Shown here piece by piece: positions 37,383 to 46,767 of a stretch of 64,000 nucleotides of DNA. The position numbers and the translations under genes were made by a program. Below the pieces are notes generated by a model, which saw nothing but the letters and a program-made list of their open reading frames with translations, did no database searches and had not been told where the DNA came from. Source of the stretch: Saprospiraceae bacterium (lineage in GTDB: Bacteria > Bacteroidota > Bacteroidia > Chitinophagales > Saprospiraceae); assembly GCA_045110575.1 (NCBI GenBank), contig JBGCGF010000017.1:9445-73444 (forward strand), given 5' to 3'. Positions within the stretch are counted from its first letter, which is position 1; every line of letters begins with the position of its first letter.

Positions 37383-38429
37383 ATGAGAAAAATGCACACC
37401 TACTTATCCTTCGGGATAGCGGTAATGTTGGTCCTTGCGACAGCGCAACGTTCTGTTGCCCAGCAAGACCCAATGTTTACCAAGTATATGTTCAACAGCC
37501 TTGCCTTTAACCCGGCATACGCAGGAACGAGTGATTACTTGAGTGCAACTGCGATTGTACGTGACCAGTGGCTGTCGTGGGGGAAAGGCATTAACTCTAT
37601 CGAAGGTGGAGCTCCAATTACCTACGCCCTAAGCGTTCATTCTCCTTTCAAGAATAACGTTGGCCTTGGTGGATACATCAGTCAAGACAACATTGGCTCA
37701 AGCATCTTTACGGAGATGACTTTTTCATACGCTTATAGACTTCGACTCAACGATGATTTACAGCTCTCTGCGGGTATTCAAGGTGGGGTTACGCACCAGA
37801 ACTTTGACTACTCTGGGCTGAATATTCGTGATCCTTCTGATGGAAATTTCATGGAAGGTAATAGCGCCGCTTGGCTACCGAATGCTGGTGCAGGACTTTA
37901 CCTTTTCTCTGAGAAGTTCTACGTTGGAGCAAGTGTCCCTAGCCTTTTTGAGTCAACAATCAGCAATAGTCCTGTTCCGACTAAAAACCCAGCTCGAAAT
38001 TACCGCCACATGTATGTCGCTACTGGCGCTGCATTTCCAATTAAAGGAAACGATGATTTCGTCCTCAAACCTTCTATTCTAATCAAAGGCGTTGGTTGGC
38101 TCGGTGACTTCGCGACAAGTAGTCAAAGCATCGCCGTGGTTCGCACACCTACTGAATTTGATATTGATGTAAGCATGCTATTCTATCAAACCTTATGGTT
38201 TGGAGCAAGCTTCCGTTCAACCGTCGACTTCGTAACCCAAGGCAAAAGTTCTCATGACAGTGCAGACCTTTGGGGAGCATTCTACCTTAAGAATGGAATG
38301 CGCATAGGTCTTGCTTACGACTACAGTTTGACCGAGTTGCAGCAATATGGCAACGGTAGTGCTGAGATCATGATCGGATACGACATGAACTTCAATGTTG
38401 ATAAGATTGTCACTCCCCGCTACTTCTAA
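37383..38429 (+). CDS. PorP/SprF-family T9SS outer-membrane protein (SprF-like partner of the giant adhesin)
   Basis: Signal peptide followed by QQDPMFTKYMFNSLAFNPAYAG, the family signature. The beta-barrel-like C-terminus ends in F. The ATG at 37383 is preferred over the TTG at 37362. It starts 114 nt after the giant gene. Confidence 0.9.
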   Translation: MRKMHTYLSFGIAVMLVLATAQRSVAQQDPMFTKYMFNSLAFNPAYAGTSDYLSATAIVRDQWLSWGKGINSIEGGAPITYALSVHSPFKNNVGLGGYISQDNIGSSIFTEMTFSYAYRLRLNDDLQLSAGIQGGVTHQNFDYSGLNIRDPSDGNFMEGNSAAWLPNAGAGLYLFSEKFYVGASVPSLFESTISNSPVPTKNPARNYRHMYVATGAAFPIKGNDDFVLKPSILIKGVGWLGDFATSSQSIAVVRTPTEFDIDVSMLFYQTLWFGASFRSTVDFVTQGKSSHDSADLWGAFYLKNGMRIGLAYDYSLTELQQYGNGSAEIMIGYDMNFNVDKIVTPRYF

Positions 38430-38650
38430 AAATTGACGCGACTTTTGGTAGAAATTGAATCGAAGCATGGCAGCTAATCCCTCCAAAACCAAAGGTCTAT
38501 AGCTGCCAAACACATAATTTTAATTGGATATATTAAAACTGATGTTGTACAATGTGCGATAAATCAGTCAAGTATGACCGTTTGAAATAATAGTTCAAAA
38601 ACTCACGGCATTTTCTGCGAAAAGCAGTGCCTACAATTCATAGGACTTCC

Positions 38651-38658
38651 TATATTTG
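38651..38658 (+). promoter_or_regulatory. Candidate -7 box (TATATTTG) for tRNA-Lys
   Basis: Perfect TAnnTTTG located 40 nt upstream of the mature tRNA 5' end. No clear TTG at -33. Confidence 0.4.
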
Positions 38659-38697
38659 CGCTCGCTAAGCAGATATCGCAAGACGAAGCAAAGTAAC

Positions 38698-38771
38698 GAC
38701 CTGGTAGCTCAGCTGGTTAGAGCATCTGACTTTTAATCCGAGGGTCGTGGGTTCGAATCCCACCCGGGTCA
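38698..38771 (+). tRNA. tRNA-Lys (anticodon UUU)
   Basis: Hand-folded cloverleaf. 7-bp acceptor stem (one G-U), D stem GCTC/GAGC, anticodon loop CTTTTAA, 5-nt variable loop, T arm GTGGG-TTCGAAT-CCCAC, discriminator A, no encoded CCA. There is one U-C mismatch at 29:41 in the anticodon stem. Confidence 0.9.
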
Positions 38772-38779
38772 CTTCTAAA

Positions 38780-38810
38780 GCCCCTTGATCTTACGATCGA
38801 GGGGCTTTTT
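38780..38810 (+). terminator. Rho-independent terminator after tRNA-Lys
   Basis: GCCCCT(T)GATC-TTAC-GATC(G)AGGGGC followed by T5. Confidence 0.8.
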
Positions 38811-38822
38811 AGTTTCTACAAA

Positions 38823-40658
38823 CTACTGATAACCAGCAGCTTGCAGATCAAATAGCTCAGCATACTTTCCTTTCTGCGCAATCAGCTCTTCGTGAGTCCC
38901 TAGCTCAAGGACTTCTCCCTGCTGGAGTACCAAAATCCGATCAGCCATTCGAACGGTACTAAAACGGTGACTAATTAGCACCGCGCTCTTACCTTCTAAC
39001 AACGCGCTAAAGCGTTCGAAAACCTCGTGCTCAGCCCTTGCATCAAGTGCACTTGTGGGCTCATCGAGAATAAGAAGCTCTGCAGACTTCATATAAGCGC
39101 GTCCTAACGCAATTTTCTGCCACTGACCTCCACTTAGGTCTACCCCACCCTTAAAGCGTTTTCCGAGCATCTGATCATACCCATCTGGCAATTGCTCAAT
39201 GACGGTATCAGCTAGACTTTTCTCTGCTGCGCTCTTAATTTGAGGAAGTTGATTAAGCTCTTTGACCTCGCCAACACCGATGTTATCGCTTGCACTAAAC
39301 TGGAAGCGGATGTAGTCTTGAAAGATGACGCCTATGCGGCTGCGAAGGGAGCCAATGTCATAGTCTCGGAGATCTTTGCCATCGAGTAATATTCGACCTT
39401 CAGTTGGCTCGTACAGGCGTGCAAGGAGCTTGACAAGGGTTGTTTTACCTGCTCCGTTCTCTCCAACCAGAGCCAATTTTTCGCCAGGCTTCAAGTGAAA
39501 AGAAACATGGCGTAGGGCGAAAATCTCTGAACCAGGATAATTGAACCCAACGTCCTCAAAGGTGAATCCTTCCTGGATCGGACTAGGAAACGTCAGACCA
39601 TGGCCATCATCTAAAATACTGGGCTGAAGATCAAAGAAGTCAAAGAGGTCTTGGAGGTACAATGCACTCTCCGAGATCTTGGATAGTCGATTAACAACGC
39701 CCTGAAGCAGTCTCTGAAGGCGCTGAAAACTTCCACTTAAAAAGGTCAATGTTCCTATGGTCAGGACTGCTGTTGCGGTTTGCCAGAGGATAAACACGAA
39801 TGCTCCGTAATACGCTGCCGTACCGACGATACTGAGCAAGCCGCCAATACTCGCACGTTTAACAGAGAGCTTACGATTTGCCTCATAGTACTCTTCAGAG
39901 AGCTGCTTGAATCGACTCGCTAAATGATCTGAAAGTCCGAAGATCTTGACCTCTTTTGCTGTCTGGTCACTTGCACCAATAAAGCGGAGGTAATCGAGCT
40001 CTCTACGTTGTGGGGTCCAGCTTTGCGTAAGACTGTAGCTGTTCCTGTTAAAATGACTCTCTCCCAGAAAGGTGGGAATTACTGAAATAGCAAGAATGGC
40101 AATGAGCCACGGGCTATACGCTACGATTCCAATTCCCAAAAAGATGAGGGTCAAGATGTCTTGTACTTGCGTCAAAACCTGTCCCATCAGAACAGTACGG
40201 GAAGTAGTCTGTCTTCGTGCGCGCTCTAATTTGTCGTAGAAATCTGAATCTTCAAACTGATAAAGATCCAGTTCTGCGGCTTTATGGATGAGTCGAACAG
40301 AGGTTTCGTTTGCAAACAGGTCGCCCAGTAGGCTTTCGCCAAGGGTCATTCCTCGGTTAATAGCCTCACTTAGAATTGCAAGTCCAGCCTCAACGGCTAC
40401 ATATGTCCACAACAAAGTGAAGTCTCCACTTTCACTTTGCGTAAGTCGGATGACCTCGTCAATAATCAACTTACCTACATAGAGCATCGCCAGTGGAATA
40501 CCGGCTTTTATCAAGCGAAGGATCACATTTATGATCGTAAGACGAGGCGATACCTCATAGATCAATGCAAAGAAGGGTTTGAGATACTTTAGGGCACCTA
40601 GTTGCTCTTTGAGGTTAGGTTTCTTGGTAGTTTCTGCTTTCGGTTTATTGTTACGCAC
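38823..40658 (-). CDS. ABC exporter, fused permease and ATPase (MsbA/ABCB-like half transporter)
   Basis: N-terminal transmembrane domain. Walker A GENGAGKTT, signature LSGGQWQKIALGRA, Walker B LLILDEPTSALD, H-loop ISHR. GTG start. Confidence 0.9.
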   Translation of the reverse strand: MRNNKPKAETTKKPNLKEQLGALKYLKPFFALIYEVSPRLTIINVILRLIKAGIPLAMLYVGKLIIDEVIRLTQSESGDFTLLWTYVAVEAGLAILSEAINRGMTLGESLLGDLFANETSVRLIHKAAELDLYQFEDSDFYDKLERARRQTTSRTVLMGQVLTQVQDILTLIFLGIGIVAYSPWLIAILAISVIPTFLGESHFNRNSYSLTQSWTPQRRELDYLRFIGASDQTAKEVKIFGLSDHLASRFKQLSEEYYEANRKLSVKRASIGGLLSIVGTAAYYGAFVFILWQTATAVLTIGTLTFLSGSFQRLQRLLQGVVNRLSKISESALYLQDLFDFFDLQPSILDDGHGLTFPSPIQEGFTFEDVGFNYPGSEIFALRHVSFHLKPGEKLALVGENGAGKTTLVKLLARLYEPTEGRILLDGKDLRDYDIGSLRSRIGVIFQDYIRFQFSASDNIGVGEVKELNQLPQIKSAAEKSLADTVIEQLPDGYDQMLGKRFKGGVDLSGGQWQKIALGRAYMKSAELLILDEPTSALDARAEHEVFERFSALLEGKSAVLISHRFSTVRMADRILVLQQGEVLELGTHEELIAQKGKYAELFDLQAAGYQ

Positions 40659-40732
40659 GTAGCATCAACGCTTGGCGAGAAAATTCGATCATAAACAAGG
40701 GAAATTCTTGGTTAGGAACGGTCGGTAAAATG

Positions 40733-40770
40733 AAAAAGCGGCACCATCCCGAAGGATAGTGCCGCTTTTT
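40733..40770 (-). terminator. Terminator after gldN (A5 and T5 flanks, so possibly bidirectional)
   Basis: AAAAA-GCGGCAC..(ATCCCGAAGGAT)..GTGCCGC-TTTTT, about 50 nt downstream of the gldN stop. Confidence 0.8.
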
Positions 40771-40818
40771 AACCAATATCTGTTTTGCCGAAAAGGCTAA
40801 CAGAAGAACGCTAACTGC

Positions 40819-41679
40819 TTAGTAAGACCAAAGGTCCTGCTCGAAGTTGAAGATTTCCTGCTTGATCTTTTGTCCTTCGAGAAGGAGATCTACACCAGTC
40901 AAGTAATCTTGTAGTCGACGATCTTGAACGTTGCTTTGCTTCCAGATGTAAGAGCTGAAGTAACGCATCTCCATGATGTCTTCCCAAGTTGTTGGGCTAG
41001 CATCGTTGTTGATGTTGAATACACGCTCACGAGCAAGAATCTCACGTGCTTCTGGGTAGTACACCCAGAACATTGGATCCTCGTATTGGAAGTTGCCGTT
41101 GTCATCAAGTACATCACGAAGTGGTGCAAGTCCTAGAATTCGAGTTTTCATTGTTGAACTCTCTTCATCGAAGAACCATATTTCCTTCACGCGGAAACGC
41201 TTGATATCCTCAGGGTTGAGATCGTTGCGTACTACTTGAATCTTCTCTTCGTAAGTATCAGGATCGTAAGTAGTAATCGTATCGACACTACTTGTTTTCG
41301 CTGCCACCTCTTCTGGAGTCAATGGGTATGAGAACTTATCATCCTCAGTACTGTAAACGGTGAAGTCACCGTTCATAGCGCCATCAAGAAGAATCTTCGA
41401 GAATGGGCGCTCAGGGTACATGAATGGTTGATTCATCTTCTCACGTGTGTCGATCACACGCCAGATGCGCTTCTCCCAAAAGATGTCTGCTTCACGAACT
41501 GGATCATAAGCCAGAAGTGGCTTCTCATCCAACAGAGTCTTTTCGACAATGTCGTCAAGTGGTTTGTCCGCGGCAGGCGCACTTGATTCGGTAATAACCG
41601 TTTCAGGAATTTGCGCTTCTACTACAGCTGTAAGGCTGAAGAAGGCTGCGAGGCCGAGAAGGAAATGAAAGCTTTTCAT
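40819..41679 (-). CDS. gldN: Gliding motility / T9SS protein GldN (PorN)
   Basis: Signal peptide followed by ..READIFWEKRIWRVIDTREKMNQPFMYP.., the GldN hallmark. It is the last gene of the gldKLMN order. Confidence 0.92.
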   Translation of the reverse strand: MKSFHFLLGLAAFFSLTAVVEAQIPETVITESSAPAADKPLDDIVEKTLLDEKPLLAYDPVREADIFWEKRIWRVIDTREKMNQPFMYPERPFSKILLDGAMNGDFTVYSTEDDKFSYPLTPEEVAAKTSSVDTITTYDPDTYEEKIQVVRNDLNPEDIKRFRVKEIWFFDEESSTMKTRILGLAPLRDVLDDNGNFQYEDPMFWVYYPEAREILARERVFNINNDASPTTWEDIMEMRYFSSYIWKQSNVQDRRLQDYLTGVDLLLEGQKIKQEIFNFEQDLWSY

Positions 41680-41736
41680 CTAATTGATATTGAGGCTACT
41701 GTAACGTAGCGAACGTTCGGAGTATTGGGGATGGTC

Positions 41737-43362
41737 TTAGCGAATGTTGAAGACCATCGAATTGAGCTTACGTCCAGCTTGATCACCAGGGCAACGGCCC
41801 TTTACATCATTGAAGTAGTAAGTATCACCAGGAGTTGCTGCACGTACGATACGCTGAGCTTCTGTGTTGAACTTTCCACCTGGATTGACTACAGTAATTG
41901 GATCTTGACGCTTAGGAACGCGAACGACCTTAAAGCCTTGAACCTTGCACTTAGCATCGAAATCGAAGTTCTCCAACCAAGCAATAAGTCCAGATTGAGC
42001 CTTGAACTCTCCGTTACCCATTGAGCCGTCAGTCTTGTTACCAAGCTTAGCTACTGGAGTAGGGATACGCTTAACACGGAAGTCGAATGACCCCATTGCT
42101 TTGCCTTTAGCTGTAACCGTAATCTTTGCATCGCCAGGCTTACTAGCCTTAACGTTGTAACCCTTACCGCTTTTACTAATTGTAATTGGACCGCTAGCGT
42201 TAACCTTCACATCGTTAGAACTAACACCTGACGCCGAAACAGATACAGGGTTGTCTACACCGATGTAGAATACATTCATTTGATCAGCAGAAACGGCAAC
42301 AGAACGTTGACCAATTTCATAAGTAAACTTAGAGTCTCCTTTATTCACTTCACCTGTAAGAGGGTTAGTGACTGATACAGTTAGTGGGACAGTCTTTTGT
42401 CCTGTTCCTGAAGCATTAATGGTCCATTTAGCTGTACCATCTGCTTGCACAGGTAGAGATCTACCATCTGCAGTGATGCGAATGTTTCCAGCACCAATAC
42501 TTGAACTGTAGCTACCTACAGATACGACAGCATTAATACTCTCTCCACCAATTACATAGCTACGATCAGCTTTTACAACAGGGAAGAAAGAATCGAATTC
42601 GATTACACGTCCACCTGCAAGTGCAGCCATAGAGTTAACCATGTTTGCCTCAGATGACTTAAGATCTGCTTGCATTTGAGAAAGTAGAGGTAGTACAGCT
42701 GCCACTGGCATCTGACGGAACTTGTAGTCAGACCAGCTAACCTTGTCTGTTCCTTCCCATTCAGTATCGTCTACATTGAAAGGCATCTCGTTAGCTACAG
42801 AATTAATACTTGAAGCAACTTCAGCTTCACTAATTCCGAACGCTTTAGCGTTCTCTGAAATTAGCTTAGTGTATGAAGCAATTAGTTGATCACGTGTCTC
42901 AACAATTTTAGCTTTAATCTCTTCGCCACGGCCAGCTTCAACTAGCAAACGAGTTGTGATATCCTTGTTTTTCTTACCTCGGATATACTTAAGCTCACCA
43001 TCGTGCTCTTCTTTGAAATCGCCAGCGTCCATAACGCCGTTGATATCTCCAGATCCATCAATAAGTTCAACACGAACTTGGTTAATGAATTCGTCGAATC
43101 CTTTGGTTATATCACGGACTTCTGCGATCGCAGGAGTAATTGGACGAAATTTGGCTTTCGAGCCATCTTCAAGAAGCTTGTTAAGACCTTTCTCAGTCTC
43201 ATCAAGTTGAGAGTCGACAACTTTCATTGTCTGTGTGTTACCCGCATCGAGGGTAAAGAAGGCATTCATAACTTCTGCTGAAACGTTCAGCGCAAGCATT
43301 GCCGTAAGCACCAGGTACATGAGGTTAATCATGAGCTGCCGCGGTTCCTTCGGAATTGACAT
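41737..43362 (-). CDS. gldM: Gliding motility / T9SS protein GldM (PorM)
   Basis: The N-terminus PRQLMINLMYLVLTAMLALNVSAEVMNAF is the GldM signature TM helix. 541 aa. Confidence 0.95.
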   Translation of the reverse strand: MSIPKEPRQLMINLMYLVLTAMLALNVSAEVMNAFFTLDAGNTQTMKVVDSQLDETEKGLNKLLEDGSKAKFRPITPAIAEVRDITKGFDEFINQVRVELIDGSGDINGVMDAGDFKEEHDGELKYIRGKKNKDITTRLLVEAGRGEEIKAKIVETRDQLIASYTKLISENAKAFGISEAEVASSINSVANEMPFNVDDTEWEGTDKVSWSDYKFRQMPVAAVLPLLSQMQADLKSSEANMVNSMAALAGGRVIEFDSFFPVVKADRSYVIGGESINAVVSVGSYSSSIGAGNIRITADGRSLPVQADGTAKWTINASGTGQKTVPLTVSVTNPLTGEVNKGDSKFTYEIGQRSVAVSADQMNVFYIGVDNPVSVSASGVSSNDVKVNASGPITISKSGKGYNVKASKPGDAKITVTAKGKAMGSFDFRVKRIPTPVAKLGNKTDGSMGNGEFKAQSGLIAWLENFDFDAKCKVQGFKVVRVPKRQDPITVVNPGGKFNTEAQRIVRAATPGDTYYFNDVKGRCPGDQAGRKLNSMVFNIR

Positions 43363-43394
43363 ATTGTGTGTATTGAGGAGTTGGGGATATGAAA

Positions 43395-43425
43395 CTCGAC
43401 GCGACTATAATTCAATCGCGTCGAG
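43395..43425 (-). promoter_or_regulatory. Intercistronic hairpin between gldL and gldM
   Basis: Perfect 10-bp inverted repeat CTCGACGCGA / TCGCGTCGAG with an 11-nt loop. It lies 29 nt after the gldL stop and 33 nt before the gldM ATG. Only a weak U-tract follows (TTTCAT). Confidence 0.5.
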
Positions 43426-43453
43426 AAACAGAGAACTTTGAGTAAGCCGAGGC

Positions 43454-44056
43454 TTACTTCTTAGCAGCAGTCGCAGGAGTGCTACCCATTGCAGTAAGCA
43501 TGTTACCGTACACGCGGTTAAGTGATCCGAGGTTCGTGTTGAGCGAAGCCATTTGATCCTTGTACTGCTTAGTATCCTCAAGTGAATCACCAAGATTCAC
43601 TACAGCTTCGTTGAGTTTTCCGTAGAAATTGTTCATTGAAGCAATTTGATCTTTCGTTCCAGAGAAGTCTACTTCTTGAAGTGCTTTCAAGCTTGAAAGA
43701 CTCTTAGACATAACTTGTAGCTCACCGAGCATCCCACCAAGTTGTGACTCTACAACCTCACCGTTAAGTGCCTTAACTGGTGCACCTGCTCCGCTTGAGG
43801 CAGAAATAGGAGCAATATTGCTACCGTAGTTGTCGAGACCTGGGTAGAGCTTCTCCCAGTAGTAATCTTTGTCCGGACCGAGAAGTCCAAGCATAAGAAA
43901 TAGGCCTGCCTCAGTAAGAAGACCTACTGTGAGCATTTCACTGGCGTATGGCCATGATTGGATTTTGAATAGTGCTCCTACGAGTACTACCGCGGCACCG
44001 AAACCGATAAGAAGGTTTTTGAAATACTTAAATCCTTTCGACTTGACAAAGCTCAT
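43454..44056 (-). CDS. gldL: Gliding motility / T9SS protein GldL (PorL)
   Basis: Two N-terminal TM helices (LLIGFGAAVVLVGALFKI; LTVGLLTEAGLFLMLGLL, with the conserved Glu in helix 2). 200 aa. Sits between gldK and gldM. Confidence 0.93.
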   Translation of the reverse strand: MSFVKSKGFKYFKNLLIGFGAAVVLVGALFKIQSWPYASEMLTVGLLTEAGLFLMLGLLGPDKDYYWEKLYPGLDNYGSNIAPISASSGAGAPVKALNGEVVESQLGGMLGELQVMSKSLSSLKALQEVDFSGTKDQIASMNNFYGKLNEAVVNLGDSLEDTKQYKDQMASLNTNLGSLNRVYGNMLTAMGSTPATAAKK

Positions 44057-44294
44057 CTGATGTGTGTTTTCGTGTGAATGAGGGAAGAAAAACGGCCGAG
44101 CTATAACACTAGACCAGTATACCGTCTCGCGGAGAAGCGAAACAGTGGTTGTGTGAATGTAGTTGTACTAGTGAGTAGCAGCTATGAATAAACCCACGCG
44201 CTCAGGCATTAGGCTATCATCAGTTTCAATGTAAATCATCAAACGCTTGAAGGCGTAACAGGTGATTAAACGAGGTATTTCGCAGAACGATTTT

Positions 44295-45536
44295 CTAGAA
44301 ATCGTTGATTGAACGTCCTAGGAAAGATAGCGCACAGCGGAATCCAACGTAACTCTTGGTAGTATCTTGATACTCCCAGTCACGTGTTCCTGTCTGTAGG
44401 AAGAAGCTAATGTCCTTCCAACTTCCTCCACGGATAACCTTACGCTTGTAAGACTCCGGATCCTCGTCCTGTGCATCGTAACGGATGTCAGGGTTAAGGT
44501 CATGCTGGAAGTTGTATGCGTTATCGTAGTACGCTGTACTAGTCCACTCTGAAACGTTACCTGCCATGTTAAACAAGCCGTAATCGTTCGGGTAGTAAGC
44601 GTCAGCTTTTACAGTGTAAAGGCCACCATCTTCTGGATAGTTACCACGTCCTGGCTTAAAGTTAGCTAGCAAGCAACCTTTACCATTACGTACGTAGTAT
44701 CCACCCCATGGGTAAGGAGCTAAATCCTTTCCTCCACGTGCTGCATACTCCCACTCGTGCTCGTATGGAAGACGGAAGTCCTCAGAGCTTACGCCGTTCT
44801 CAGCTTGGAAACTATTCCAAAGGTTTGTTCTCCAGTAAGAGAATGCCTTTGCTCCGTGCCAGTTAACACCAACAACTGGATAGTCGTCAAATGCAGGGTG
44901 CCAGAAGTAGTTACGCGTCATTGGCTCATTGTAGCTGTAAGCAAAGTCACGAACCCATACAAGTGTATCAGGATAAACGTTAACTGTCTTACGCTCGATG
45001 AAGCTGTTACGTGGTGCACCTGTCTTGTCATGTGCTGCACGTCCCCAGTCATACCACTCGTAAGTGTACTGGAGCTTACGAGTATCAAACTCTTTGCGGC
45101 CTGCAAAGCGATCATCTCCTTGGTAGTAGAGATCCTCTAAGGTCTCGTCTGCCCAATCAATGTCGTACTCCCAGTCGATGTACTGCTCACCAGTGAACTC
45201 ATCTTCATAGAAGTGGTCTAGGTAAGTGTGTGCGATTGAGTCACGGACCCAATTCACAAACTGACGATACTCGTTGTTTGTAATTTCAGTGTCATCCATA
45301 TAGAAGCCAGAAATCGAGATCGATTTCGGAGCATTCAGGAATGTACCACTAATGTCTTGGTCACTCGCACCGATGTGGAGTGTACCAGAAGGAATGTAAA
45401 CCATCCCGTAAGGGTTGATACCTTTCCAAGTTGGTCTCTCGATTACGCCCGTGAGCTGTCCATTTTGCTTAGTCCCGCAAGCGGTCATCAGCATCACAGC
45501 TAGAACAGCGGCGATTACACTTATATTTTGCTTCAT
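44295..45536 (-). CDS. gldK: Gliding motility / T9SS lipoprotein GldK (PorK; FGE-sulfatase/SUMF1 fold)
   Basis: MKQNISVIAAVLAVMLMTACG lipoprotein signal at the ATG at 45536. ..NPYGMVYIPSGTLHIG.., ..RGGSW.. and ..GFRCA.. are FGE-family motifs. The 39-codon upstream extension in the ORF track is rejected. Confidence 0.92.
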   Translation of the reverse strand: MKQNISVIAAVLAVMLMTACGTKQNGQLTGVIERPTWKGINPYGMVYIPSGTLHIGASDQDISGTFLNAPKSISISGFYMDDTEITNNEYRQFVNWVRDSIAHTYLDHFYEDEFTGEQYIDWEYDIDWADETLEDLYYQGDDRFAGRKEFDTRKLQYTYEWYDWGRAAHDKTGAPRNSFIERKTVNVYPDTLVWVRDFAYSYNEPMTRNYFWHPAFDDYPVVGVNWHGAKAFSYWRTNLWNSFQAENGVSSEDFRLPYEHEWEYAARGGKDLAPYPWGGYYVRNGKGCLLANFKPGRGNYPEDGGLYTVKADAYYPNDYGLFNMAGNVSEWTSTAYYDNAYNFQHDLNPDIRYDAQDEDPESYKRKVIRGGSWKDISFFLQTGTRDWEYQDTTKSYVGFRCALSFLGRSINDF

Positions 45537-45696
45537 CGTCAAGCCCGAATTTTGCTTTTTTCTCTTTCCTAGTAGCAGTCGAATATTCTTCTGCAGCCGC
45601 GAAAGTAACAATAAGCTGAAAAGTGGAGGCATTTCCACATAAACAGCTACCATTCATTTATCCACCGCAAAGAACATACCTAAGATAGGCACTATT

Positions 45697-46767
45697 TCAG
45701 AGTCGTGGGTTAAAAATTATTGGCGGGAGCTTTCCCCTGCCAATTGGATCAATCATAACGTAGCGAACAACCACTTCATGTGAACCTTGATGTGATCTTA
45801 CTAAAGTAGAAAGACCGAAATCGTAGGCGTAAGCTAAGGTGATTTTATTAGATGGTTTCCATCCAATTAGCAGAGATACCGCATCAAGCGTATTTCCACT
45901 GTATCCTCTTAACGAGCTTCCGACACCAATATTGTTGTCATACCAAGCAGTAATACTAGCAGCTGACTGCATTGTATTTGTACCTATTTGAAGTAACGCA
46001 CTCGCCTCAATATCAACGAGTTCCGCTACAGGAACAAGTGTACTTGCATGTGTTAAAATGGTCCTAGACCACTTGCGATTTACCCCAGACCAGTTACTAG
46101 TTGGTTCGTTCAAATCGAGTAGGGAAACCCCTACTTTAGTTTCTTTCCACTTTATTTCAATTCCTCCATCGAAGCCAAGAGAAGAACTTGCTTGTTCACC
46201 TATTGGCAATAGATTATCGAAGTGCGTCACGATTCCGTTAGCATAAGTGCCATCCGATGTACGGAGTCCAGCACCGTTTAGAGAGGCCTGTCTGTAGGTA
46301 ACAGCACCTCCTAAGGAAACACTGAGTTCATCCTTTTCAAACACTTTGTAAGCTAATCCTCCACGGAAAAGATTTACAACCTGCAGACCAACCTCATCAC
46401 GCTCAAATCCAAGAGAAATGCCTGCATTTGCGATATAGACAGGTGCGCCGACGGTAAATTGAGTGGACGAAGGCGCTCCTTGAATGCCTTGCCACTGTCT
46501 TCGTAGACCCGCGCTTGCATCAAGTGAGTACAGATTGCCAGAACTAGCAGGATTTAGCCTCAGCGGACTTTGATTCCAAAGACTTGATTGTGGCCATGAT
46601 TGCGCACTCACCACATTTGCCGAGACCGCTATTCCAATAAATAGTACAGCTAACCTCAACACTAGCTTAGGACTGCCACACCCTATAGGTCTAGCATCTC
46701 CCACTTTCGTGAAAACAAGTCGCGCGAAACGAAAGGCTGCAAAGCATTTATCCGGCGACTGCTGCAT
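45697..46767 (-). CDS. porP: PorP/SprF-family T9SS outer-membrane protein directly upstream of gldK
   Basis: Signal-like LAVLFIGIAVSANVVSAQS followed by ..LRLNPASSG.. The C-terminal block ITLAYAYDFGLS...GSHEVVVRYVM parallels GLAYDYSLTE...GSAEIMIGYDM of the SprF-like protein at 37383. The start is uncertain; the ATG at 46767 overlaps the upstream gene by 20 nt. Confidence 0.7.
   Translation of the reverse strand: MQQSPDKCFAAFRFARLVFTKVGDARPIGCGSPKLVLRLAVLFIGIAVSANVVSAQSWPQSSLWNQSPLRLNPASSGNLYSLDASAGLRRQWQGIQGAPSSTQFTVGAPVYIANAGISLGFERDEVGLQVVNLFRGGLAYKVFEKDELSVSLGGAVTYRQASLNGAGLRTSDGTYANGIVTHFDNLLPIGEQASSSLGFDGGIEIKWKETKVGVSLLDLNEPTSNWSGVNRKWSRTILTHASTLVPVAELVDIEASALLQIGTNTMQSAASITAWYDNNIGVGSSLRGYSGNTLDAVSLLIGWKPSNKITLAYAYDFGLSTLVRSHQGSHEVVVRYVMIDPIGRGKLPPIIFNPRL

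Noticed and set aside
45537-45653. 39-codon N-terminal extension of gldK in the ORF track
   Set aside because: The extension lacks signal-peptide character. The ATG at 45536 gives a canonical lipoprotein signal (..LMTAC) as expected for GldK.
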